Source: Candidatus Uhrbacteria bacterium (GTDB taxonomy: Bacteria; Patescibacteriota; Patescibacteriia; UBA9934; GWF2-40-263). Taken from it: 64,000 nucleotides of DNA. The notes under the pieces were generated by a model. The model ran no database searches, was not told the origin of the DNA, and saw only the letters and a program-made list of their open reading frames with translations. Every line of letters starts with the position of its first letter. Position 1 is the stretch's first letter. The stretch spans positions 76,708-140,707 of the forward strand of contig JBAXQK010000001.1 of NCBI GenBank assembly GCA_037131775.1. Direction: 5' to 3'. This document shows positions 47,259 through 55,949 of the stretch, one piece after another. The position numbers were made by a program, and so were the translations under genes.

Positions 47259-47824
47259 AGAAGCACGACTTCGTCGCCGTTTTCAACCCAAAACTCACTC
47301 GCCTCGTCATGCGTCAGGTGCAGCGCGAGCGCAAACGTCGGGTGGACGCGAACGCTCACGAGTTCGATCCTGGTCTCCGGATGGCCGACGGGAACGACCG
47401 TCACCAGCTGGTGTTGCTCGACGCCAAGCTTCGCCGCGTCGCGCTCGTTGCAATGCAGGTGGCGTGCCGGGATAATGACGCCTGACTTCACCGCGACGGA
47501 CCCCTCCGGCCCCACGAGCTCGCAGGACCCCGTTCGGCTCAGGTCGCCCGAAAGACGAACCGGCGCGTCAATCCCAAGCGCGAACGCCTCGGTCGGCGAC
47601 AATTCTACCTGCGTCGCGTCGCGTTCCGGCCCAAGAACGCGCACCTCTTCCAACTCGACGTCGTTTGCCCCGATGACGCGTACGGTCTGATCCGAAGAAA
47701 ACTGCCCGCGATGGGCCAAATCAGAGCGTTTCGTCAGTTTTTCGGATCCAAAAAGTGCTTCCCTGTCCGCAACGGACAGGTGAACGTGACGGTATTGCAC
47801 GTGGACGGGAATGACGGTTTTCAT
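47255..47824 (-). CDS. PduL/EutD-type phosphotransacylase (phosphate propanoyl/acetyltransferase)
   Basis: Two tandem PduL-type half-domains, each with an (I/V)xxRHxHL motif ([22 protein letters not shown]). Confidence 0.6.
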   Translation of the reverse strand: MKTVIPVHVQYRHVHLSVADREALFGSEKLTKRSDLAHRGQFSSDQTVRVIGANDVELEEVRVLGPERDATQVELSPTEAFALGIDAPVRLSGDLSRTGSCELVGPEGSVAVKSGVIIPARHLHCNERDAAKLGVEQHQLVTVVPVGHPETRIELVSVRVHPTFALALHLTHDEASEFWVENGDEVVLL

Positions 47825-48546
47825 GCGATATGCTTTTTTTCGCGCTTCTTCGCGTGTCCGAACGTGTACTTGAACTTGTCGTGACGGATCGGGCCGAGCA
47901 TCGCCAGATGCATTTCCGCGAGGGTATATTTGATGGCGATGTTAATGCGCCCGTCGCGGTCGAGACGACGGATCGAGACCGGGATCTTCGTCGAGCGCAG
48001 AAACCCGAACGAGCCGATCTTTGCCGCGCGGCCCGCGTACTCGTGGTCCTCGCAGAACGTGATGCTCTCGTCGAACCCGTTGATCTTGTCGTGCGTGTCC
48101 TTCCGGACGAACATGCAGAATCCCGGTGCGTGCGGAAACACGTCGCCCCACGCCCGAACATACACATTGTACGCCTTGTGAATCACATGGTCGATCCACT
48201 GGTCGGACAGAGGAAACACGTCCACCGTGGCGATGTCGAACTTCTTTTCCAGCATCTCCCCCACCGACCGCTCCAAAAACTGGGGGTCGCGCAGTTCCAC
48301 GTCCGCGTCAAGAAACAACAGGATGTCCGTCTTCGCCGCCGACGCCCCGCGATTGCGCCCCGGCCCAGGCATTCCGCCCTCGACGACACGACAGCCGAAC
48401 GATTCGGCGATCTCTCGCGTTCGATCTTTCGATCCGGCATCCGCGACGATAATCTCCTTCGGCTGCATGGTCTGCCGTCGGATCGATTCCAACAGCCGAG
48501 GCAGGCTTGCCTCCTCATCCTTTGTCGGAATGACAATCGTGAGCAT
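47821..48546 (-). CDS. Family 2 glycosyltransferase (DPM1/GtrB-like)
   Basis: MLTIVIPTKDEEASL...ADAGSKD...DADV... GT-A fold. Confidence 0.7.
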   Translation of the reverse strand: MLTIVIPTKDEEASLPRLLESIRRQTMQPKEIIVADAGSKDRTREIAESFGCRVVEGGMPGPGRNRGASAAKTDILLFLDADVELRDPQFLERSVGEMLEKKFDIATVDVFPLSDQWIDHVIHKAYNVYVRAWGDVFPHAPGFCMFVRKDTHDKINGFDESITFCEDHEYAGRAAKIGSFGFLRSTKIPVSIRRLDRDGRINIAIKYTLAEMHLAMLGPIRHDKFKYTFGHAKKREKKHIA

Positions 48547-48551
48547 AACGT

Positions 48552-48998
48552 TTATATTTTACCTGATCCTGTCGATAACACAAACAACGCGATTCCGGTC
48601 GCGACGGCGACGTTCAAGGAGCGCTTGCGTCCCGGCATCAGAATCTCGACCGTCGTGTCACAGAGCGCGAGCACGGACGGTTCGACCCCCTCGACCTCGT
48701 TCCCAAGCAGCAGGGCAACCTTCCCGTCCATCGGCCCGATCGGCACCGCACCGGGCCTGTTGTCGAGCGCGACGACTCGATACCCTTCCCCCTTGAGCCC
48801 CTTGATCACCTCGACAACCTCGCCATCCCTCCAGGGCACCCGGTCCTCCGCCCCGAGCGCCACCTTCGCGATCTCCGGCCGTGGCGGAGTTCCCGTGATT
48901 CCGGTAAGGTATACGCGTTCCACCGCAAAGCAGTCCGCAGATCGAAAGATCGCGCCGACGTTGTGGAGACTTCGAATGTTGTGAGCAATAATGACCAT
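48552..48998 (-). CDS. SpoU/TrmH-family RNA 2'-O-methyltransferase (TrmL-like)
   Basis: About 150-aa SPOUT fold: ...HNVGAIFRSA...LLGNEVEGV...LNVAVATGI.... Confidence 0.65.
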   Translation of the reverse strand: MVIIAHNIRSLHNVGAIFRSADCFAVERVYLTGITGTPPRPEIAKVALGAEDRVPWRDGEVVEVIKGLKGEGYRVVALDNRPGAVPIGPMDGKVALLLGNEVEGVEPSVLALCDTTVEILMPGRKRSLNVAVATGIALFVLSTGSGKI

Positions 48999-49000
48999 AT

Positions 49001-50392
49001 ATGAAGCTTCTCCAGCCCATCTCAGGCACCGTCGACCGGCTTGCGCCGGACGGCAGCGGCGTGATCAATCGTCCCGAGGGCAAACCTTTTTTGATTTATA
49101 ACGTGATTCCGGGCGAGGAGGTGACCGCGACGGTCGTGAAGCGCGGGCCGGACGGCGTACGGGCGAAGCTCGACTCGATCGTCGTCGCGTCGCCGGACCG
49201 CGTCGCGCCGCGCTGCCCGTACGCCGGAACGTGCGGGGGGTGCAAGTGGCAACACATGGATTATACACGACAGCGGCAGGAGAAGCTCAATCGGCTGCGG
49301 TCGACCTTCGCGGAGGCGGCGACTGAGTGTCCCGTCGAGTCCGTCGTCGCAAGCCCCGACCAGTTCTACTATCGCAACCGCATGGATTTCACCTTCGGGC
49401 GCGACGGCGAACTTGGCTTGAAGATGCCGGACAAATGGTGGGCCGCGCTCAACCTGGAGACATGCTACCTGCTCTCCCCCGAATCCGTAGAAATCGTCAA
49501 CGCCGTCCGCGAGTGGGCACGATCGACGGGATTGCCCTTCTGGGACGGAAAGACGCACGCGGGATTCTTTCGGTATCTCGTGATCCGCGAAGGAAAGTTT
49601 ACGGGCGAGCGCATGGTCACGCTCGTGACGACCGACCCAACGGGACTAAAGTCCCTGGGAATCGATGGAATTCCCAGGGACTTTAGTCCCGCGGGTTTCG
49701 TCGCCGCGATCGGCGACCGCGCGACCTCGATCATCCACGGCATCAACGACGGAATCACCGACCTCTCGATCTCCGACGTTCTCGTCCCGCTCAAAGGCGA
49801 CCCGTTCATTCACGAGGAGATCAACGGCGTCCGGTTCAAGATCACGCCGAACGCATTCTTCCAGACCAACTCTGCCATGGCCGCGAAACTCCAGGACGAG
49901 GTCGTCCGTCACTGCGAGGCTGCCGTCACGGGCAAGACGAACGCGACCGTCCTCGACCTTTACTGCGGATCCGGATTCTTCTCCCTCGCCCTCGCAAAAC
50001 GGTCGCCAACGATGAACGTCGTTGGAATCGAGGAAAACGCCGAGGCGATCGCCTGCGCCAAAGAGAACGTCGCGACGAACGGCGTCTCGGCCGAATACTT
50101 CGTCTCCAAGGCCGAGGAGTTCGACTGGAAGAGCTACGCCCCCGACGTCGTCATCGTCGACCCGCCGCGCGCCGGAATGCACCCGAAGGTCATCGAGACC
50201 CTTCTTGAGGCCGCGCCCCCGACGATTATCTATATCTCCTGTAAATACGAGCGTTTCCTCATGGAATGGAACGGAACCGCCAACAGCGCCCCGGCGCTTT
50301 CGACCAAATACCGCCTCGCCGACGCGGCCGCCCTCGACCTCTTCCCGCACACCCCGCACATCGAGTTCGTCGCGCGGCTCGAGCTACGTTAG
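49001..50392 (+). CDS. rlmD: 23S rRNA (uracil-5-)-methyltransferase RlmD/RumA-type (TRAM domain + 4Fe-4S + SAM MTase) carrying an in-frame family-2 palindrome
   Basis: TRAM N-domain. Cysteine cluster CPYAGTCGGCKWQ. SAM-binding VLDLYCGSGFFS. Catalytic region ...DPPRAG.... Confidence 0.8.
   Translation: MKLLQPISGTVDRLAPDGSGVINRPEGKPFLIYNVIPGEEVTATVVKRGPDGVRAKLDSIVVASPDRVAPRCPYAGTCGGCKWQHMDYTRQRQEKLNRLRSTFAEAATECPVESVVASPDQFYYRNRMDFTFGRDGELGLKMPDKWWAALNLETCYLLSPESVEIVNAVREWARSTGLPFWDGKTHAGFFRYLVIREGKFTGERMVTLVTTDPTGLKSLGIDGIPRDFSPAGFVAAIGDRATSIIHGINDGITDLSISDVLVPLKGDPFIHEEINGVRFKITPNAFFQTNSAMAAKLQDEVVRHCEAAVTGKTNATVLDLYCGSGFFSLALAKRSPTMNVVGIEENAEAIACAKENVATNGVSAEYFVSKAEEFDWKSYAPDVVIVDPPRAGMHPKVIETLLEAAPPTIIYISCKYERFLMEWNGTANSAPALSTKYRLADAAALDLFPHTPHIEFVARLELR
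49642..49690. repeat. Family-2 palindromic element, full copy (GGGACTAAAGTCCCTGGGAAT-cgatgg-AATTCCCAGGGACTTTAGTCCC), in-frame in rlmD
   Basis: Perfect 21/22-nt inverted repeat with a 6-nt loop. Encodes TGLKSLGIDGIPRDFSPAG in the host frame. Confidence 0.85.
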
Positions 50393-50467
50393 GCTTAAGG
50401 CATAAGGCCAAAAGGCGCAAGGTTTTCCCTTAGGCCTTCTGCCTTTCAGCCCTCTGCCCCTTGATCG

Positions 50468-50496
50468 TTGACGGTTTAGGATTTTCCTGATATTCT
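50468..50496 (+). promoter_or_regulatory. Sigma70-like promoter (TTGACG-17-TATTCT) placing the transcription start at or next to the era ATG (leaderless)
   Basis: The -10 hexamer ends 6 nt before the ATG at 50503. There is no SD sequence. Confidence 0.4.
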
Positions 50497-50502
50497 CCCG
50501 CC

Positions 50503-51387
50503 ATGTCTACTTCATCTACCCCAATCCCAGCCGTCCCGCAGAAGTCCGGCTTTGCCGTGCTCATCGGCCGCAGCAACGTGGGAAAGTCCACGCTGCTTAA
50601 CACGATGGTCGGAACGAAGGTGGCCATCACCACCCCGAAGCCGCAGACCACCCGCCTTCCGGTGCAGGGCATCTTGTCGCGCCCGGACGGCCAGGTGGTG
50701 TTCGTGGACACGCCTGGGCTCATGAAGAAATCCAAGGACGCGCTCACGAAGAAGCTCGCGGAGTTCGTGAAGGAGTCGCTCAAGGACGTGGACGTGATCG
50801 TCTACGTCGTGGACCCGACCCGCGCGATCGGCGACGAGGAAAAGTCGGCGCTGGCGCTCATCCGCAACATTGAGAAGCCGAAAATCCTGGTTCTCAACAA
50901 GTGCGACCTCCGCGACCGCGCGTTCCTCGACCACTACAAGGATCTCTCCGATCAGTTTACGACCGTGATCGACGTGTCCGCCATGACCGGGACAAACGTG
51001 AACACGCTCATCGACGAGATCTTCTCCTACGCGAAGGAAGGCGACGCGTATTATCCGGAAGGCCAGGTCACGAGCATGAAGAGCGAGCTGTGGCTTGCCG
51101 AGCTCGTCCGCGAAAAGCTGTTCCTGCGCCTGCGCGAGGAGGTCCCGTACACGACTCACGTCGAGGTCGAGGACATGCAGAGCCGCGAGGACGGGACGCT
51201 GTACGTCGCCGCGACCATCTACACCACCGACGAGCGCTATAAGCGCATGATCATCGGCAAGGGCGGCCAGGGCGTAAAGGAAATCGGCCAGTCCACGCGC
51301 AACGAGCTGGAGGCCGTGATGATGCGCAAGGTATTCCTCGACCTGACGGTAGAGGTCGACTCGCACTGGGTCGACCGGCTCGGCTAA
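50503..51387 (+). CDS. era: GTPase Era
   Basis: G1 GRSNVGKST, G3 DTPG, G4 NKCD, and a C-terminal KH domain. Confidence 0.95.
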   Translation: MSTSSTPIPAVPQKSGFAVLIGRSNVGKSTLLNTMVGTKVAITTPKPQTTRLPVQGILSRPDGQVVFVDTPGLMKKSKDALTKKLAEFVKESLKDVDVIVYVVDPTRAIGDEEKSALALIRNIEKPKILVLNKCDLRDRAFLDHYKDLSDQFTTVIDVSAMTGTNVNTLIDEIFSYAKEGDAYYPEGQVTSMKSELWLAELVREKLFLRLREEVPYTTHVEVEDMQSREDGTLYVAATIYTTDERYKRMIIGKGGQGVKEIGQSTRNELEAVMMRKVFLDLTVEVDSHWVDRLG

Positions 51388-51413
51388 TCGAACCGAACGA
51401 AAAACGACTTCGC

Positions 51414-52100
51414 TCACGGCGAGGTCGTTTTGATTTCCGAGACTTCGAAGCCTCGTAGCACGCTGTCGAACGACGCGTCCGCAGCCGGTTTCAGCGTGAC
51501 GGAGAGGATGAGCGGATTATCGACGTTCTTGAGGACGAGATACTCCGCGAACCAGTTGGACGCCTTGAGCGCGTCGACCTTTTGGAGTGTCCCATCGACG
51601 CGAATCCAGGCGGAGCTCGACAGTTCGTCCGTCTTGATCGTGAGCACGTCAGTCGCAGTTGGCAGGTCAGGCGCCGTCTGGTTCACGCTCGACAGGAATG
51701 ATTTCACCGAGTCCGTCCACGCAAGCGCGCCAGAGATCGTCGTGTCGAGAAGGCCAAGGCTCAGGGTCGTGCTTCCGCCCGTCACAAGCCCGTCGTACTG
51801 CGCGGACGACAGGACGAACTGTGACTTCGACGTGTCCACGACCATCGCGCCCGTCTGCCAGTCGTCCGCCTTCTTCCAAGATAATGCCGCATCCGTCGTC
51901 GCAACCCGTTCGCTGAGCACGACCGTCTGCGCCTCCGTCCCCGCCCCGAACCACTCCGCGATCTTCCCGCCGATCCCAAGGACGGTCTCACGCAGCGTCA
52001 GCGTGTCGCCCGCGCCAACGGTCAGCGCCGTCGACGGACCGGACGAACAGCCTGCGCCGACGAGAACAATCATCGCGACGATCGCGGCAAGCCGTCTCAT
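51414..52100 (-). CDS. Hypothetical lipoprotein
   Basis: Signal peptide with lipobox LVGAGC, then a Thr/Ser-rich beta-type domain. Start at MRRLAAIV. Confidence 0.45.
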   Translation of the reverse strand: MRRLAAIVAMIVLVGAGCSSGPSTALTVGAGDTLTLRETVLGIGGKIAEWFGAGTEAQTVVLSERVATTDAALSWKKADDWQTGAMVVDTSKSQFVLSSAQYDGLVTGGSTTLSLGLLDTTISGALAWTDSVKSFLSSVNQTAPDLPTATDVLTIKTDELSSSAWIRVDGTLQKVDALKASNWFAEYLVLKNVDNPLILSVTLKPAADASFDSVLRGFEVSEIKTTSP

Positions 52101-52360
52101 ACCTTGTCGCCGTTGGCCCACTTGCGGAGTGTCTCCTCGTCGGCTTCCCCGCAGATGAACTGCTTCGATTCGGTGTTATAGAAAAACGGCACCCCGCCAC
52201 ACAGCCCGCGGTCATACTCCGCCAGCTTGGCCGCGTTCTTTTCGTTATGCCAGGTTTCCAGCTTCTCGATCGCGATTCCCTCCTTGATCAGCCTGTCGAT
52301 CATCGGCATCATCTTCAGGCAGTGGCCGCATTCGGAGCCGTAAAATTCGTATAATGCCAT
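52097..52360 (-). CDS. Small thioredoxin-fold protein with CGHC active-site motif (glutaredoxin/thioredoxin-like)
   Basis: MALYEFYGSECGHCLKMMP... about 88 aa. ATGA overlap with the lipoprotein gene. Confidence 0.55.
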   Translation of the reverse strand: MALYEFYGSECGHCLKMMPMIDRLIKEGIAIEKLETWHNEKNAAKLAEYDRGLCGGVPFFYNTESKQFICGEADEETLRKWANGDKV

Positions 52361-52413
52361 AGGATAGTGAGTAGTGAGTGGTGAGTAGTTTGTGGTTAGT
52401 ATATAGTATTCCC
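52361..52413. repeat. GTGAGTAGT-repeat leader element immediately upstream of the thioredoxin-like gene (minus strand)
   Basis: Minus strand reads ...CACAAACTACTCACCACTCACTACTCACTATCCTATG(gca). Same ACTCAC motif and CCTATG start context as the atp hairpins. Confidence 0.55.
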
Positions 52414-53064
52414 ATGAAAACGTCCCATCGGGCAACCATCGTCCTGTTCGTCCTCATGGTCACGACGCTGCTCGTCGGCCAGCGCTTTGGATTCGCTTGG
52501 GCCGGGGGATCAGGATACGTCCCTTCGCAACTCGCTGGAATCGTCGCGATGGTTGGGACGCCTACCGTCGATCATGCCGGGACCATTCGGGATGCCGTTC
52601 TATGGAAATCCGTCGCACGCGGGGAAACCGTCCGAACCATCGCCGGACAGCGCGTCAAGCTTCAAATCGCCCTTGGGCATTCCGTCTCGCTCGATGAGAA
52701 CACGGACGTGACCGTCGAGGAAAACGACGCGGACGGAATCCGGCTCAAGCTCCTTCGCGGCCGCGTCTACGCCGACGCGACGCCAATCGACGGACTCGCC
52801 AAGACGCTGTCCATCGACACGCTCGCTTCGCGGTCGACGATTACGACCGGCGCGATCACGGTCGTCAATTACGATTTCCTCTGGAAGGTTTCCATCGCGC
52901 CCATCGACACGGAGGCGGACGTGGTGGTCGGCGGCGACATGGATTTTCCGACGCGTTCCCCTATGAACGTAAACGACGCGACGGCCAACGTGATTGGCGG
53001 CGCCGCGTCGTTCAACATGTCTGCGCCGGACGTGGCGGACTTTTACGCGTGGGTCAAACGATAA
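52414..53064 (+). CDS. Secreted hypothetical protein, possibly FecR-like beta-sandwich
   Basis: Signal/TM start MKTSHRATIVLFVLMV. The pattern GETVRTIAGQRVKLQIALGHSVSL...TDVTV...GRVY... resembles FecR-domain proteins. Weak. Confidence 0.35.
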   Translation: MKTSHRATIVLFVLMVTTLLVGQRFGFAWAGGSGYVPSQLAGIVAMVGTPTVDHAGTIRDAVLWKSVARGETVRTIAGQRVKLQIALGHSVSLDENTDVTVEENDADGIRLKLLRGRVYADATPIDGLAKTLSIDTLASRSTITTGAITVVNYDFLWKVSIAPIDTEADVVVGGDMDFPTRSPMNVNDATANVIGGAASFNMSAPDVADFYAWVKR

Positions 53065-54169
53065 TCCCGCCGCCGATCATCTCCTCGCCGTCGTAGATCA
53101 CGATCGACTGTCCGGACGTGACGGCGCGGACAGGGTCGTCGAACTCGACGGTGATCTGCTCCGTGTCGACCACCCCTGACCCCTCCTGCCTATCAGGAGG
53201 GGAAACTTGGGTGGGGGGGACTTGGGTGATGGAGACGATCGTGCACGCTTGCAGCGGTTGGCGATAGCGGACGCGGGCGGAGAGCTTTTCTCCGACGACG
53301 GGGCGACGGAACCAGTTCGTAGACGTCGCGACGAGTTTCTTTTCAAACAACGCCGGATGAAAATTGCTCGAGACGATGAGCTGCTTCGTCTCGGGTTTTT
53401 TGTCGACCACGTAATACGGCGTTCCTCCCCCGACGTTCAGGCCGTGGCGCTGACCGATCGTATAGAACGCGACCCCCTCGTGCGTACCCACCACTTCCCC
53501 GCCCGTCGTGACGATCTCGCCCGGATCCTCCGGAATCCGTTCCTTCAAGAACTCACGGATGTCGACTTCCCCAACGAAACAAATCCCCGTCGAATCCTTC
53601 TTCTCCGCCGTCGACAACCCAAGCTCGCGCGCCTTCTCGCGAACCTCAGGCTTCGTCATCGCGCCGACCGGAAACAACAAGCGCGGCAGCACGGCCTTTG
53701 GGATCGCCCAGAGAAAGTACGTCTGGTCCTTGTTATCGTCGGAACCGGCGAGGATCCGGCCGTCGACGATCCGCGCATAATGCCCAGTCGCGACGAACGC
53801 GCAGCCGAGACGGTCCGCCTCTTTGACGAACAGGTCGAACTTTACGTACTTATTGCACAGCACGTCGGGATTCGGCGTCCGTCCCGCCGCGTACTCCTGA
53901 TACAGATTCTCGACGACGAGGTCGCGATACTGCTTCTCGAAGTCGAACGTGACGAACGGAATCCCAAGCTTCGCCGCCACCCGCATCGCGTCACGCCGCT
54001 CGGTGCGCCAGCCGCACTCCTTCGTCTCTCCATCGCACTTGATCTCCGTCCAGTTCTTCATGAACGCCCCGATCACCTCGTACCCCTGCTCCAACAGCAA
54101 CGCCGCGGCCACGGACGAATCCACGCCGCCGGACATGCCGAGAAGAACTTTCTTGGGAGCTTCTTCCAT
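53054..54169 (-). CDS. mnmA: tRNA-specific 2-thiouridylase MnmA, with an in-frame family-1 element near the C-terminus
   Basis: PP-loop VLLGMSGGVDSSVAA. Catalytic cysteines. Start taken at MEEAPKKVLLG. Confidence 0.9.
   Translation of the reverse strand: MEEAPKKVLLGMSGGVDSSVAAALLLEQGYEVIGAFMKNWTEIKCDGETKECGWRTERRDAMRVAAKLGIPFVTFDFEKQYRDLVVENLYQEYAAGRTPNPDVLCNKYVKFDLFVKEADRLGCAFVATGHYARIVDGRILAGSDDNKDQTYFLWAIPKAVLPRLLFPVGAMTKPEVREKARELGLSTAEKKDSTGICFVGEVDIREFLKERIPEDPGEIVTTGGEVVGTHEGVAFYTIGQRHGLNVGGGTPYYVVDKKPETKQLIVSSNFHPALFEKKLVATSTNWFRRPVVGEKLSARVRYRQPLQACTIVSITQVPPTQVSPPDRQEGSGVVDTEQITVEFDDPVRAVTSGQSIVIYDGEEMIGGGIIV
53168..53206. repeat. Family-1 palindromic element copy E (variant 2: CCCCTCCTG-CCTAT-CAGGAGGGG), in-frame in mnmA
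   Basis: GACCACCCCTGACCCCTCCTGCCTATCAGGAGGGGAAAC encodes (minus strand) VSPPDRQEGSGVV. Confidence 0.9.
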
Positions 54170-54249
54170 ATGATTTCCGGAGTTTGCCACAGATTTGGCC
54201 AATTGACAATCCTCCGATCCCATTGGATACTTACCGGAGAGGTCGAACC

Positions 54250-54660
54250 ATGGAACCAAAGCTCATTCTGATCGTCTGTCCAAAGACCCACCAGACCTTC
54301 TTCGAACGGTCGCTTCGCGAGGCGCTCGACAAGGAGCGCATCTGCTACGTCTTCGTCCACTGCGACACCGTCGCCGATGCCGCCGCGAGCATGGACCAGG
54401 CCGGATACCCGGACTTCGTCGTGTGCGACAAGGACGCCGGAGCCGAAGACGCGTACTTCGACCTCCTGCGCAAGGTCCGCCACGCCGGCGAGTCGATGCC
54501 GTTCGTCGTCTGGAGCACGTCGTTCCATCCGGATACGGCCGGGCTGATCACCAGACTGAACGCACTCACCGTCTCGTGGGGCACCCCCGGCGGCCTCGCC
54601 CGCCTCAACCGCTACGCCGTCACCCTCCTCCACGGCCAGCGCCGCGCGCTCGTGTCCTGA
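54250..54660 (+). CDS. Hypothetical protein, possibly a degenerate CheY-like receiver fold
   Basis: Alternating beta/alpha pattern (LILIVCPK..., DFVVCDKD, PFVVWSTS). No canonical acidic pocket. Weak. Confidence 0.3.
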   Translation: MEPKLILIVCPKTHQTFFERSLREALDKERICYVFVHCDTVADAAASMDQAGYPDFVVCDKDAGAEDAYFDLLRKVRHAGESMPFVVWSTSFHPDTAGLITRLNALTVSWGTPGGLARLNRYAVTLLHGQRRALVS

Positions 54661-54663
54661 TCT

Positions 54664-54690
54664 CGATTCGTCGAGGTCTTTTTTGTTCGA
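54664..54690 (+). terminator. Rho-independent terminator
   Basis: GATCTCGA-ttcg-TCGAGGTC stem followed by TTTTTTG. Confidence 0.5.
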
Positions 54691-54741
54691 TCCGTTGACA
54701 TCGGGAATTTTTTATGATAGCCTTTCGCCAGGAGAAATTCA

Positions 54742-55347
54742 ATGGAAACAGCAATTCAACACGCCGTCCTTTTGCCAAGGTCAGCCGAGATTCTCAGGCT
54801 CGAACAAAATTTCTCACGTTCTGGCCTGGGAAACCCATTTCTCGCATGGGCATGCCCAGTCGTTTGCGCGGCGGCCATCCTCCTGTTCTGCCGGGGCATC
54901 TGGGTCGAGATCGGTATGGCATTCGTTACTACGGCGTTCGCCTACCTGATGCTTCGAGATCTGCGAATCCTGTACTCTGCCATCAGGTACAGGCAGAACC
55001 CGTTCCTCAGCCTCGCAGAAGACGCGAACGAGAGGTTCCAGATCTTCAATCGGACGGCAGACGTCCTCTCCGCCTACGCGAAGAACGTCTCCTCCGGCAT
55101 TATCCGCGCAACGGCCACCGAGGACGCGATCGTTGCGGACCTCATCGCGGAAGGCGAGGCGCTTCGGGCCTACGCCCTGCGGCTCGAGAAGCTGTTCGAG
55201 GACGAAAGCGTCTCGCCGCTGATCGCCCAGAGGATCGTCTCGGAATACGCGCGAGACCTCCGCGAGATCGAGCAAAGACCTCGGGCGAACTTCAACAGGG
55301 TCCTGGACGAGATGAAACTCGCATCGGTACATCCCACGAACGGCTAA
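54742..55347 (+). CDS. Hypothetical membrane-anchored helical protein (paralog 1)
   Basis: Two N-terminal TM segments, then a helical/charged domain. AGGAGA RBS 7 nt upstream. C-terminus ...SVHPTNG shared with paralog 2. Confidence 0.35.
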   Translation: METAIQHAVLLPRSAEILRLEQNFSRSGLGNPFLAWACPVVCAAAILLFCRGIWVEIGMAFVTTAFAYLMLRDLRILYSAIRYRQNPFLSLAEDANERFQIFNRTADVLSAYAKNVSSGIIRATATEDAIVADLIAEGEALRAYALRLEKLFEDESVSPLIAQRIVSEYARDLREIEQRPRANFNRVLDEMKLASVHPTNG

Positions 55348-55362
55348 TTGGCCGTTCTTTTT
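55328..55362 (+). terminator. Stop-codon-containing terminator hairpin AACGGC-taattg-GCCGTT + T-run (shared cassette)
   Basis: CACGAACGGCTAATTGGCCGTTCTTTTTC. Nearly identical to the 3' end of paralog 2. Confidence 0.55.
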
Positions 55363-55400
55363 CTTGCGCAAAATAAAACGACCCAACGCTCGGCGTCGGG

Positions 55401-55931
55401 TCAGTCGGGAAGGTCGGGCCATTCCTCGAGGGAGATCTCTTCCTCGTAAAGGACGTTGAACACGAGGTAGAACAGGAACTGTTCGCAGAAGGCGCGGCTT
55501 CGCGGATCGTACGTCGGGAAGAGGCATCGGCTGCTCTCCGGCCTCGTGATCGCCCTTCCGCGACAGACGGTCGGCGTTCCGTTTGCCGCGTCCACGCGCA
55601 GCTCGATTCTCGCGTCAAAGAAACACTCGCGACGACGAAAGGAACGCACGTCCAGTCCGCGCGCGACCGGAAACCGTTCCAGCCTCGGCAAAACGTATCC
55701 GCGGGGCAGGGCCATCCGCCGAAGCGCAGCACACCCGCTTGAAAAATCAGTGGGACGCGCCCGATGCGTCGAGACCATCCGATAGTACGCGGGAAACTCG
55801 GCGTTCGCCCAGTCGAGCAAAAGGGCCTTGGTAACCCTCGAGGAAACGGTTGGAAGGAACATGAGGGACAGGATGCCAGAAAGAGAGGCGGATGTCCACG
55901 GATTGACAATCAACCAAATTATTGATAGCAT
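55401..55931 (-). CDS. Hypothetical protein encoded between and antisense to the two paralogs
   Basis: The minus-strand frame has protein-like composition (F, Y, W, C present), unlike the Arg-rich plus-strand frames. No RBS seen and no family recognised. Confidence 0.3.
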   Translation of the reverse strand: MLSIIWLIVNPWTSASLSGILSLMFLPTVSSRVTKALLLDWANAEFPAYYRMVSTHRARPTDFSSGCAALRRMALPRGYVLPRLERFPVARGLDVRSFRRRECFFDARIELRVDAANGTPTVCRGRAITRPESSRCLFPTYDPRSRAFCEQFLFYLVFNVLYEEEISLEEWPDLPD

Positions 55932-55949
55932 CCGCGCAGGAGAATTTCC

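Noticed and set aside
54250-54660. Response-regulator receiver domain
   Set aside because: Only the alternating beta/alpha hydrophobic pattern is suggestive. The conserved acidic pocket (DD...D...T...K) cannot be placed confidently, so it was kept as a hypothetical protein.
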